A stretch of 64,000 bases of DNA from Octopus vulgaris (Eukaryota), in assembly GCA_951406725.2 (NCBI GenBank), contig OX597829.1:17608001-17672000 (forward strand), read 5' to 3'. Shown piece by piece: positions 27,042 to 39,640 of this stretch. How positions within the stretch are numbered: the first letter of the stretch is position 1; the number at the start of each line of letters is the position of its first letter. The notes beneath the pieces were generated by a model. The model saw nothing but the letters and a program-made list of their open reading frames with translations, did no database searches and was not told the DNA's origin. The position numbers and the translations under genes were made by a program.

Positions 27042-27475
27042 CTTTATTAACTACAGGGGTTTACATTAAGAAAAAACATTATGGACAATGCAAGAATGGC
27101 TAACCTTAAAACACAAACCTCAATGTTGAGTGAAAAATGTCTAATACAAATGTGTCAAATAATGGTGTTAATGAGGTTAGAACCAAAGGTGAAAGCCTTT
27201 CGCCCGGCAGGTGCCCTGTGGTTGAGCAGCGCAGGCCTGTTCGTCATCCAGAGACTGCTTAAACACAATGTCAGAGGCAGAGAAGAAGGTGGGATAAGGT
27301 GGGATAACCAAACTGTAATTGAATGCTGAATCAGAAGCGAACTCGGTAGAAGAGGATCCGGCAACGCATGAAATTAGTGTGCCCAGTAGAACTGTTATAA
27401 AAGGTTTGCCTCCTTAACACGGCGACTAGAATAACCAGGAAGTATTAGATAGTTGAAAAGAACAGAAAGCGTAGT

Positions 27476-27685
27476 ACCTATTCCTTTACTACCCACAAGG
27501 GGCTAAACACAGAGGACAGACAAAGGGATTAAGTTGATTATATCGACCCAATGCGTAACTGGTACTTAATGTATCTACCTCGAAAGGATGAAAGGCAAAG
27601 TCGACCTCGGCGGAATTTGAACTCAGAACGTAATGGCAGACGAAATACGGCTACGCATTTCGCCCGGCGTGCTAACGTTTCTGCA
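27476..27685 (-). mobile_element. SINE A
   Basis: Reverse-complement match. Confidence 0.9.
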
Positions 27686-28891
27686 ATCGTAGGCTGCAGG
27701 TAGCAAGCCTGCTACGCATGAAAGAAATATCATCGCTTTACATTTTGTTCGACGCACCAATTATGGTGCCAGCTCGAAGAATTTCTTATTTTCATGTAAG
27801 CTACAAATTTTGTGTGAAGTAGATGTACGCGATAACATCGACATTAGTTTTGGGATTTGATTTGCAAGGTTCTTTATATGAGTTCGTGTGTTGAAGCATA
27901 TTCTGCTGTGTCTGGAGAGACACTATTGAAAAGGTTGCAAGACGCAACGAAAATTTTAGGAAAATAAAAATAAGGAATAAGTGGAAATTTTACCAGTTAG
28001 CGTGTTAAATTATAAGGCACAAAAAGCAAATGACTCTCCCCAGACACAACAGAATCAACATTAGTACTTAACTAGTATCTGTATTATGGTACCCGGAAAG
28101 ATGAAATGTGTAGTTAGCCACTGAGGGAACTGAACTCTTAGCGTAAGATGCTGGAAGAAAATAACGCTAGACATTTCTTCCGATACTCTAAAATTTGCCA
28201 TTTCTTCAAACAACTACTGCTGAAACAACGTCAATCCATATCCTCGAATCACATTTGCATTTCATCATAGTAAAAAATTGAAATACTTAATTACTGACCG
28301 TATACTCGCTCAAAGTAAAAGGCAACCATAAAACTTAAAGAAGTTTTTGACAAAGGCAGTATCTGACGTGAACGACAATGGTAAAATATTCATGACATTC
28401 ACATGCAATGACAATTAGTGCAGTACATGTCAGTTCATACATACCTGTCAGTATGCCAATACAAAAGCCGAACTAAAAATATTTTCCAATGCATATACGA
28501 AACTGTAAAAGCAGAAATCTGATCTCCTAAATCAAACGTCCGAGTTGTGAACAAAATTAGATATTTGCCAGATTGGAACGAATACGAGTACACCGGCAAC
28601 GAACTCGAGACTGAAATGCCAATCATTAAGTAATCATTTACAAACATGAAGGAATATTTTTTCTTTCTTTTTCTTTTTTTTTTTTTTACAGTATTTCCAA
28701 TTTTACAAACTCAACGATTCAAGTGAAGTCAGAAGAAAAGTAGAGAAAAATAATTCTATTCACAAGGTTAAACTACGCTCTGAATAGGCAACACCCTCCA
28801 GCAATTTGAATACTGATTAGAATGGAATTATCGGAACAAAAACCAAATGGAGCTGCTCAAACACCCAAGCAGCAACCGAATCCTACCGCTG

Positions 28892-28937
<46 letters not shown>

Positions 28938-29248
28938 CTTTCGACTCTGAAACACTGTATATAAATTATCTACTTGGAATGACCAAGTTTAAAAACTGCT
29001 GGATCTCACTCATAAGGGAATCTTACAGTGTGCATAAACACTCTATTTGGAAGTACCCATTTAAATTCTGTTGGACTTTTGGACTTTACTCATAGGATAT
29101 TGGAATATTACATATATACCATTCTGCCTTAAAAAAATTGACTTACAACACAATATCAATACATTTCTTGCAACTATATTCTTTCCTCCACCTCACTCTA
29201 TTTTGTATTACATCTAAACTAACAATGACTTAACCATCCTCTCACACC

Positions 29249-29300
29249 GTCTCCGATGAAGGAATATTATAAATAAATATCCTGGAAACAGCTGTAAGAC
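29249..29300 (+). ncRNA. Minimal type I hammerhead ribozyme motif (Penelope pLTR type)
   Basis: GUCU / CCGAUGA / stem II AGGA(A)UAUU..AAUAUCCU / G-GAAA / palindromic ACAGCUGU / A / AGAC; one core change (U4C). Confidence 0.62.
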
Positions 29301-29365
29301 CTTCTATCTATAAATGCTCTAATATCTACACAGACTTGGGTTTTTTTATCTTATTGCGCAAAAAA

Positions 29366-29429
<64 letters not shown>

Positions 29430-29696
29430 CGGAGCGATCGAACAGATAAAGCTATGATAAAGGCATTTCAGTTGGAGAAATCCAGTCAATTTAGAGGGAT
29501 GGGTGGGGAGGCACCCAATCAATCTAGGAGCATCCAGGGCTATACTGATATAACACACCCTTAAGTTTTCCAAAACAACCGGGTATAATTTGTAGCCACG
29601 AGCAAACGTATGGGAAGTCATTCTATCCATTATACATACATATATGTATATTATATACATACATATAGAGACAGAGACAGACAGACAGACAGAGAA

Positions 29697-29735
<39 letters not shown>

Positions 29736-29762
29736 GAGCGAGAGAGAGATGCATAGATTCTG

Positions 29763-29804
<42 letters not shown>

Positions 29805-30990
29805 CTTTCGACTCTGAAACACTGTATATAAATTATCTACTTGGAATGACCAAGTTTAAAAACTGCTGGATCTCACTCATAAGGGAATCTTACATGCATA
29901 CGTCCTTACTATCTTTTTGCTTGTGTGTATCCCCTTTCCCTTTGCTCCCTTACGCTCATGTCCTCTCCGTTTCTTGCCATCGTCGCTATACTACACTAAC
30001 CTTGATGTTTTCTTGTTTCATGTCACTCTTACAAGCCTTGATTTCTCTCCCACCACCCACGGTACCCGTATCTCCACAGCTGCCATCAGTATCACCATTT
30101 ATAACCTGCTCACCCGTATGATTACGAACATCCATCAAAGTAGTACCCACAAGAAGAACATCGTTACAACGGTGATCTCCACCGACCAACCTTGACAACT
30201 CTATCCACAACAGCTGAATATGCTAGAAATAGAAGCCAAATTTCCATGCATGTAAGATAATGTACGCCAGTGATTATGGGGAGGAAACCTCTGACCATAG
30301 CCCTTGCTTGTTCTGGGTTTGACCCTTATGACTTAAACAGCACGACATTCGGGAAAGTTGGCAGAATCGTTAGAAAGACGTGTTCTGCTGGGTTTCTTCT
30401 GGCTCTTTATATTTTTGAGTTCAAATCGTACCAAGGTCAGCTTTACTTTTCATCTTTTCAGGATGTATATAATGAAGTACCTGTTTAATGCTGGGGAGAA
30501 TTTATCAACTTTTACCCTCTCAACTACACGTACAGCTTTTATTCATGTATTAAAAACAAATTATTACCTTTACCCGCTTCACCATGATTATCATCACCGC
30601 TATCATTACCGGAGCTGATAGCACAAATCCTACTACTAATAATAATAATACAGTTACTACTACTACGACTATCACCCGGACTACAGCTACAAGCATCTTC
30701 ATCGTCATCATCATCGTTGTTAAAACAACAATGGATAGGATGACTTCCTATACGTTTGCTCTTGGCTACAAATTATACCCGGCTGTTTTGGAAAACTTAA
30801 GGGTGTGTTATATCAGTATAGTCCTGGACGCCACTAAAGTGATTGGGTACCTCCCCATCCATCCCTCTAAATTGACTGGGCTTCTCCAGCTGAAATGCCT
30901 TTATCATAGCTTTATCTGTTCGATCACTGTTTATTTGTGGCCACCACCACCACACCACCAACAACAACAACAAAAACAACGACAACAACG

Positions 30991-31029
<39 letters not shown>

Positions 31030-32838
31030 TGAGAGAGGAGAGAGAGAGTTAAGGGTAAGGACAGAAGGTAAAATGATCCTGAAAGTGGTGGAACAGAAGG
31101 CAGGAGGATCTTCAAACGGGTACCTTACAACACAGTTGTCTGCAGAAAAGGAATCTAAGATGCCGAAGGTGTTCTTTAAATCGGGCAACAGACTACATCT
31201 ACCATCCGAACCCGAATAGGACTATGTCAGGACTTGAACTCAGTATAAGTACCGCAAGATATTAGGTTCGGCCTACTTCACGGTTCTGCTGATACACTGA
31301 TACATTTAAATATAGCGATGCTTTTTTTTATTTCTGTGTTTTGATGAAAGTCAAAGATGACCCCGGTGGTGTTTGAACTCATAGCGTTGTGATTTCTTAC
31401 CGTGTTGGATTAAATACTGCTGGCATTCCATCGAATGCTCCAACAACTCTTCCAATTTCGCTGTCTGTTTACAAATACATTCAAATGCTTCCTCTAATCG
31501 CAGGCGGGGTTGGGGAAAATGATGGCTCTGTTCTCATGAAATTAGCTTTACAACTACATCGTTTTCAGTTCGATACCTCTGCTTGACTCCTTGGTGAAAC
31601 GTCTTTCTCATATCTGTGGCATAACCAAAAGATTGTGACTGAAATTTGGTATGGGGGAACTTTGTGGAAATCGTATCAAAAGGATATTTCTCAGTCTTAA
31701 TTGGTAAACAAAATCTGTTACCTAATTAAGCAATTATATCACCAACTTATTGATTACGTTTCACGAAAGCTACTAAAACAAGATTTCAGATTGTTCTCTT
31801 TTCGGAAGAACAAGGTTCTTACTCTGACTCAGAGGCATTGGTAAAGTACCATTTATGCTGAATTTCTTTCCCGCTTTCTAATCTAAGGTATTTTTTTTCA
31901 TCTTTTCATATAATTACTTTATACACTGTCTGAAAATAGTTAAAAGAGTTAGTTCAAGCGGGAAAAATCTTTGTCATAGGTTTCTTCGATCAAGATGAAT
32001 GAAGATGGGGTGCAGGGTGGGGTGGGGAGAAACAGCTACAGCAACAACAACGTCACAATCACTGCCAACAACATTTGTACCACCATTACTGAACCGCTGC
32101 CATCACTGCATCGCCGCCGCATCCCCGCCGCCGCCGCTGCAACCAGCACGTATAATAACAACAACAACAACAACAACAACACGCCTATATCCGACTTCGA
32201 CACAAGTAAGAACACCAGCACTTCACCCCACTTTACAAGTGTCAGCAACATCCAATAGACACATATACACACACATACAGACACACACAGACACACACAC
32301 ACACACACACACTGTCGACTTTACAACGATATGACCATCGCTATCCAATCACTAAGCAATATCACTATCCAGGAGCGCACTGCCACCGACATGACATTCA
32401 ACAGCAACAACAACACCACAACGACGACCACCACCACCATCACCATTACCACTAAAAACAACAACAAAAACACATGCAACTTCTTACCGGCAATATAACA
32501 ACCAACCACGACCACGTTACCACCACATGTACCAACAACACTACCCACTACTCTATTTCACCATCCTTCTCCAGTACCCCCCCCCAACACAACCCTTCAT
32601 CATCACATCACCATCAATGCCTCGTATAACGCTTTTGCTTCACCCTCAACACCACCGCTGACATGATGAACACCCTCGCACCGTACCCCACCTCCACATC
32701 TCTACCTATACCAAAGGTAATAGTGACACCAATAAAGCTACACCTAATACCTCCACTAATATAAGTACGCTGAACCTTGTTTTAACTATCACACTAAACT
32801 TTCTCCGACACATGTAGAACCTCAGGCGTTAAACAGCA

Positions 32839-32880
<42 letters not shown>

Positions 32881-32975
32881 TATCCGAATGTATAAATGAA
32901 ATAAAGAATGTTAATGTCACTAGTATAATTAAGTTTAGAGATTTATTATTTCATTTGATTTATTTCATTATTTTA

Positions 32976-33022
<47 letters not shown>

Positions 33023-33025
33023 GAT

Positions 33026-33093
<68 letters not shown>

Positions 33094-33778
33094 TAGCTTA
33101 AAAGCTGTACTCCGTGCGGACTTCTAGCCTATCGCCTGCGGAAGACCAATTGGGGCCGCGGCCCAAAACTAAAGCGAGTGATAATAATAAAGCATTTATT
33201 GGTGCCCAGCATGGCCGCAGTCTGATGACTGAATAAGATAAAAGAACCATTAAACTGTTTAGTAAAACTTAAAGCTAAGGAAGGTAATTTGCACTGAAAC
33301 CTCGCTTTACTTACGATCGCCTTACTTGCAAGAAATAGTAACCCAAATGCTTTTAAATCAGAATCCAATGCTGGATGTTCAAGAACCAAATGAAGGCCAA
33401 GTTTTCAATTCCGGGATCATCCTGCTTCCTAAATGCTATAATATGTCTAGAGCAAATGTAGGCTGAGATACAGGGATCCCGGACGAACAGAAAGAATTTC
33501 GCTTTAATATATGTATGTATGAATGTATGTATGTATGTATGTATGTATGTATGTATGTATGTATGTATGTATGTACATCATGATTTATGTTGTCATTACC
33601 GTCCGGTCACTTATCCTAAATAGCTTTTTGCTGTTGACACCATCAAAATCAACAAACTTATCGATAATGACACGAAATTGCGACTAATCTTTCTCTATAA
33701 CTTATAGGGGAAAAGCATATCAACGCATCGTGTGTGATCTTTCCGTGTGTTTCTTGATGGAATTTCTTTGCAAATTTT

Positions 33779-33872
<94 letters not shown>

Positions 33873-34062
33873 CACCTTCACCTGGGTGTCCATTTGAAAC
33901 CGCTGGTCACAGCACGGTGTCCACTCCTCTCTGGATTGCACCTTTCTCATCCACGTGATCCCAATCGTCCTCCTGAAATCGTAACTCCACCGTCGTGGAG
34001 GCCTTCAGTGAGGTCGTTTCCGCTCGCGCGGGTACCACTCGACAACTGCGCGGGTCCACTCT

Positions 34063-34150
<88 letters not shown>

Positions 34151-34412
34151 TCCATATATCTAACTGTCTCCGTAATATACATACATAAACACATATTTAA
34201 AGATATATATAAGGTGAAAAAGATTAAAGACCCCTTAGGAATTGCACCCAAGGTTGTTTGTAGAAGACCAGCAGTCAGCCATGCATACCAGCCTCCCCAT
34301 TCCATGCCATCGATTGTTATCCAAGGGAAAGGAAAAGTCTTTGCACTGGTGACGTCATAACTCATTTCTTCAAATGAGTGAACTGGAGCAACGTGAAATA
34401 AAGTGTCTTGCT

Positions 34413-34468
<56 letters not shown>

Positions 34469-36024
34469 GCACGCACATATATACATATGCGTACATATGT
34501 GTTTGCGTATGTGGGAGCGCATACAAACACAAACATATATAAATGCATTGACACACACCTGAAACCGACGGCAACAGGCGGTATCAAAGCTACAAGACCT
34601 TCACAGCCATGACACCATGAATCTAGGGTGACGGCAAACCCTGAATTCACTGCCAAAGATGGCCATATGGTCACCATATGAAATTCTATACCAAAAAATG
34701 TCAAAGTTTCCTCAAATGAAGGCTGATAAACAACATGTTGAGCATTCAGCATCTGAGCTGCCTACATCTAAGAAAATGGAATATGATGCCGTGGGAAGAA
34801 TTACGACTATAATCTCAAGGAGACAGAAAATGCCCGAGACATTGTGACCCAACCAAACAACTGAATGGGGGCAATTGGTAAAAGCCCGCAACTGAAGAAG
34901 TTTAAAATATGGTGCTTCCAGTGTTTCATCATACTCAGATTACAGTGGCTATTCTGGCGAACCAACATGTTGAAAGGGGAAGAATTTGGAAAGAAAGGCG
35001 CATAGATAAATACAGACAAACATTATGAAAACAGGCGCAACATCAAAACAAACATAAGAGTGAATTATATCAAAATATAACCCTATTAGAAGTGGTAACT
35101 ATTCCAAAGAGATTTCCTTTCTCCGCCCTTTTTTCTGTCTGCTGTTAACACCTTTAACTACCACGTTAATGCAGGCTAGATGAGGTTATCATTCCTATGA
35201 GATCGCTCAACCATATTTCATATACAGATAGCCTCAAGTTGCACGGCTGCTGCTACAAAAGCAATAAGAGTCACTGTTACATGCAATACGCGAAATCAGT
35301 AGGGAAATTGGTGTGAAAATTTGGGTTAGAAAAATGCACCAAGCAACCTTGAAGAGGACGGGATTTAACGATAGCGATTTATATTGAATTTCATAAAACA
35401 ATTAAAATAAACACAGACTAGCAAATATTTAGTATTTAATGAACCCGACGGAGTACGAAACACAATTGAAGGAAAAGGTTATGAAGGACTATTTTAGAGA
35501 AATTAATACATAAATAAAGAATTAAGTAAAAAAAAAAAACAAGAAATATAATAATATACATCAATACTTTAGTATATAAATGTAGGTGAATTAATAAAAC
35601 TGGAATAATTTCTTTGCGTTTAGAATATACTATCATAGAGCCGACAGAGAAATACTATATTGACTATGAACACAGGGAGGTAGCGCCGTCTGCAGCTAGA
35701 GAACTATGGCGAAATATCTATTGTATGACTATAAAAATATTTAGTAAAGTGCAAAAGGTAATTAATACAAACGGAAGAAAAAGAAACATTAGTCACAAAG
35801 GAGATAGCAAATGTAAAACCAAATTTGATGGAGCAGACAGTGTTTAGTAAAAGAAAAACAGAAAAATGTTAAAATCAAAATAATAATTTAAAAATAAAAT
35901 AGGAGTTTTTATTATAAGATATATTTATACGAAATACCCCCATATGGCAATGGAAGTGTATAAAAACAAATGAATCATACTTCTGAAGTATATTAGAACT
36001 AGAGGTTTACTGCAGAATATAAGT

Positions 36025-36825
36025 GGTACTTCGTCGGTTACGACGACGAGTGTTCCAGTTGATCCGATCAACGGAACAGCCAGCTCGGGAAATTAACAGA
36101 CAAGTATACCTATTTCTTTACTACCCACAAGGGGCTAAACACAGAGAGGACAAACAAGGACAAACAAACGGATTAAGTCGATTATATCGACCCCTGTGTG
36201 TAACTGGAACTTATTCAATAAGTACCAGTTACGCACTGGGGTCGATATAATCGACTTAATCCCTTTGTCTGTCCTTGTTTGTCCTCTCTGGGTTTAGCCC
36301 CTTGTGGGTAGTAAAGAAATAGGTACTTATTTAATCGACCCCGAAAGGATGAAAGGCAAAGTCGACCTCGGCGGAATTTGAACTCAGAACGTAGCGGCGG
36401 ACGAAATACCGCTGAGCATTTCGCCCGGCGTGCTAACGATTCTACCAGCTAGCCACCCTTTAACAGACACGTGTACCCTTAACGTAGTTTTCAGGAAAAT
36501 TCAGCGTGACACAGAGTGTGACAAGGCTGGCCCTCTGAAATACAGGTACTGCTCACTTTTGCCAGCTGAGTGGACTGGAGGAATGTGAAGTAAAGTGTCT
36601 TGCTCAAGGACACTGATACTCTATCGGTTATGATGATGAGGGTTCTAGTTGATCAGGTCAACGGAACAGCCTGCTCGTGAAATTAATGCACAAGTGGCTG
36701 AGTACTCCACAGACACATGTACCCTTAACGTAGTTCTCAGGGAGATTCAGAGTGACAAGGCTGGTCCTTTGAAATACGGCGACTGCCCATTTATGCAGGT
36801 GAGTGGAGTAGAGCAACGTGAAATA
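36025..36825 (-). mobile_element. Two tandem SINE C copies, the first carrying a rearranged SINE A (36107-36460)
   Basis: CGGTTACGACGACGAG..GTTCCAGTTGATCCGATCAACGGAACAGCC...CCCTTAACGTAGTT motifs occur twice; TTAACAGACA flanks the SINE A. Confidence 0.85.
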
Positions 36826-37078
36826 CAGAATATAGGACTGTTGGAAAGACAGAATCGATTATGGGGTAAAAATCTGTTCCAAGGAATCTAAACTAACAAC
36901 AACCCTAGTGTACAATGCCCTTTCTTGTTTTCTCTTTTGTTGAACCATAAAAAAAACAAATTTAATTACAGTCAGAAATTTTCCAGTGTCTCGAGCAAGT
37001 TTAAGTTCATAAGTTGCATGATAACAACACCTCTCGTTCCTCAAGGACCTCTCCACTCAGGCATATCATTTGCGCTAT

Positions 37079-37173
<95 letters not shown>

Positions 37174-38086
37174 CAGCAGCAGCAGCAGCAGTAGATATCG
37201 TTGCTTTTGTTGTTACAGTTTTGCCTAACTGTGTACTTAAAACGAACAAATGTGGTTTAAAAAGGTTTCTACTACTTTAAGAAGGATATTTTCACTCAAG
37301 CGTGTTATTTACGCTATAAACCAGTTACTGTTGCGGTAATAGTATAAGAAATGGTACAAGTTGATAATACTGCTGCTCCTGTTGTTGCTGTTGTTGTTGT
37401 TGCTGTTGTTGTTGTTGTTGTTGTTGTTGCAGTGATGTTTATTTTTTACAGTTTTCTAATATACTTGACTATTTATTAGATTTTTATTTACATTGAAACT
37501 ACTTCAGTTTTATGGCCGGTGTCAGTCATAATTGTATTGTTCTGCTTGACTTGGTTTAATTGCTCTTTATACCGTTGAAGTGTAAATATGCATATGTCAC
37601 ATGATCACGTGATTGACCAGGTTATCGGCTGTTGTTAGACATCGCCGGTCAAAATGCGCTTTGCATCGGTTTAACATTCGAACGATGCCACCCCGCCGAC
37701 TAGGCAAGCAGACAAACATTCTGGCTGACCAGAAAGCTAATCCATTTGCAACATACATTAATACGTATAAATGCTTGAATTTGTACTGCGTGTAGCAAAA
37801 AATGGGTAGTAAAGAAATAGGCTGTGTAACATATGGGAGGTATACAGACGGTGCATTCCAGTATTCAGACTATTTTAGGAGAGATTTATAAGTTTCAAGA
37901 ATGTACAAAACTCTAATCTCATCCAGAGTAGGATCCTGTGTTCAACGCAATTGTTTTAATGCTCCAGCTACTTCGTGAAGCCTCCATTGAAGTTCTCCAA
38001 AGCAAGGGTGTCCAGGAGAGACTCTGAAGTTTCCCTTCAGCTTGGGGAATAACCAAAAGACGTACGTATTTCTTTACTACCCACAA

Positions 38087-38296
38087 GGGGACAAACACAG
38101 AGAGGACAAACAAGGACAGACAAACGGATTAAGTCGATTAGATCGACCCAGTGCGTAACTGGTACTTATTTAATCGACCCCAAAAGGATGAAAGGCAAAG
38201 TCGACCTCGGCGGAATTTGAACTCAGAACGCAGCGGCGGACGAAATACCGCAAAGCATTTCGCCTGACGTGCTAAAGTTTCTGCCAGCTCGCCGCC
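38087..38296 (-). mobile_element. SINE A inside the mariner remnant
   Basis: Reverse-complement match. Confidence 0.9.
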
Positions 38297-38502
38297 ATAA
38301 AGATGTACGGCACAGTTTCCCACTGTAGGGAAGGCAAAGGACAATTTTTGTACTGATATTTGGTTACCAAGATGCTCGTCACCGTGCACAGTTGGAACAA
38401 ACTTTGCACATATTCAGATCTTCATGGAATAATTCTGTGCACAATTGCTACACCAACTCTAAGCAGTATGCTTATTGTCACGTGAAGATCTTCATTCAGA
38501 AA

Positions 38503-39101
38503 AGGCGGTGAGCTGGCAGAGACGTTAGCATGCCGGGAGAAATGCGTAGCCGTATTTCGTCTGCCGCTACGTTCTGAGTTCAAATTACGCCGAGGTCGAC
38601 TTTGCCTTTCATCATTTCGGGGTCGATAAATTAAGTACAATTTACACACTGGGGTCGATATAATCGACGTAATCCGTTTGTCTTTCCTTGTTTGTCCTCT
38701 CTGTGTTTAGCCCCTTGTGGGTAGTAAAGAAATAGGTATTTCGTCTGCCGCTACGTTCTGAGTTCAAATTACGCCGAGGTCGACTTTGCCTTTCATCATT
38801 TCGGGGTCGATAAATTAAGTACAATTTACACACTGGGGTCGATATAATCGACGTAATCCGTTTGTCTTTCCTTGTTTGTCCTCTCTGTGTTTAGCCCCTT
38901 GTGGGTAGTAAAGAAATAGGTATTACGTCTGCCGCTACGTTCTGAGTTCAAATTCCACCGAGGTCGACTTTGCCTTTCATCCTTTCGGGATCGATAAATT
39001 AAGTACCAGTTACGCGCCGGGGTCGATATAATCGACTTAATCCGTTTGTCTGTCCTTGTTTGTCCTCTCTGTGTTTAGCTCCTTGTGGGTAGTAAAGAAA
39101 T
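38503..39101 (+). mobile_element. SINE A, head plus three 184-bp tandem body units, single TSD
   Basis: GTATT(T/A)CGTCTGCCG at 38552, 38736 and 38920; TCT(T/A)CATTCAGAAAA on both flanks. Confidence 0.92.
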
Positions 39102-39604
39102 ATATCTACATTCAGAAAATTATGAATTTTCTCAATCAGCTCAGATGTTATGACGTCCCACTCCCGCACCTCTCATTGTCCCTCAGCTCATCTCTACCGT
39201 CCTTGAATCTCTTACGCCAATGAAAAACAGATGCTTGACTCATACAACTTAATTCATAAGAAGTCTGGTACATTTCATAACTTTCTATGGCGAGTTTATC
39301 GCAAAACTTTATTGCATAGCTAGCTTTCAAATTGTCTTCAAGTCCTGAGTGCATTCTTCAAATTGGGTTAGCTGTAACAAGCAGCATTTAGTAGGACGTG
39401 TTCAAAATGCTGTCACAGCTGTGTCCTTCAATCTGGAATTTTAAAAAAATGTTGATAGGTCAACTTAGTAGATGTATAGTAATGATATTTTAAACACTAA
39501 AATAAGAGTAATCTAGTATAGGGAGAGTTTACGAAAAAAAAAAGACGAAGACAGGTGGTGTACAAAACAAATGTATTAGTATAACGCTCAGGAATAGAAA
39601 AAGT

Positions 39605-39640
39605 CTTTTACGTTTCGAGCCTACGCTCTTCTACAGAAAG
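39605..39640 (-). ncRNA. Minimal hammerhead-like motif (Penelope type), variant core
   Basis: Minus strand CUUU / CUGUAGA / A / GAGC-GUAG-GCUC / GAAA / CG / UA / AAAG; A6 of CUGANGA is U. Confidence 0.45.

Noticed and set aside
34620-35030. LINE (Hero-like) remnant KFKIWCFQ..I.RLQW
   Set aside because: A single short motif in heavily decayed sequence; too weak to list
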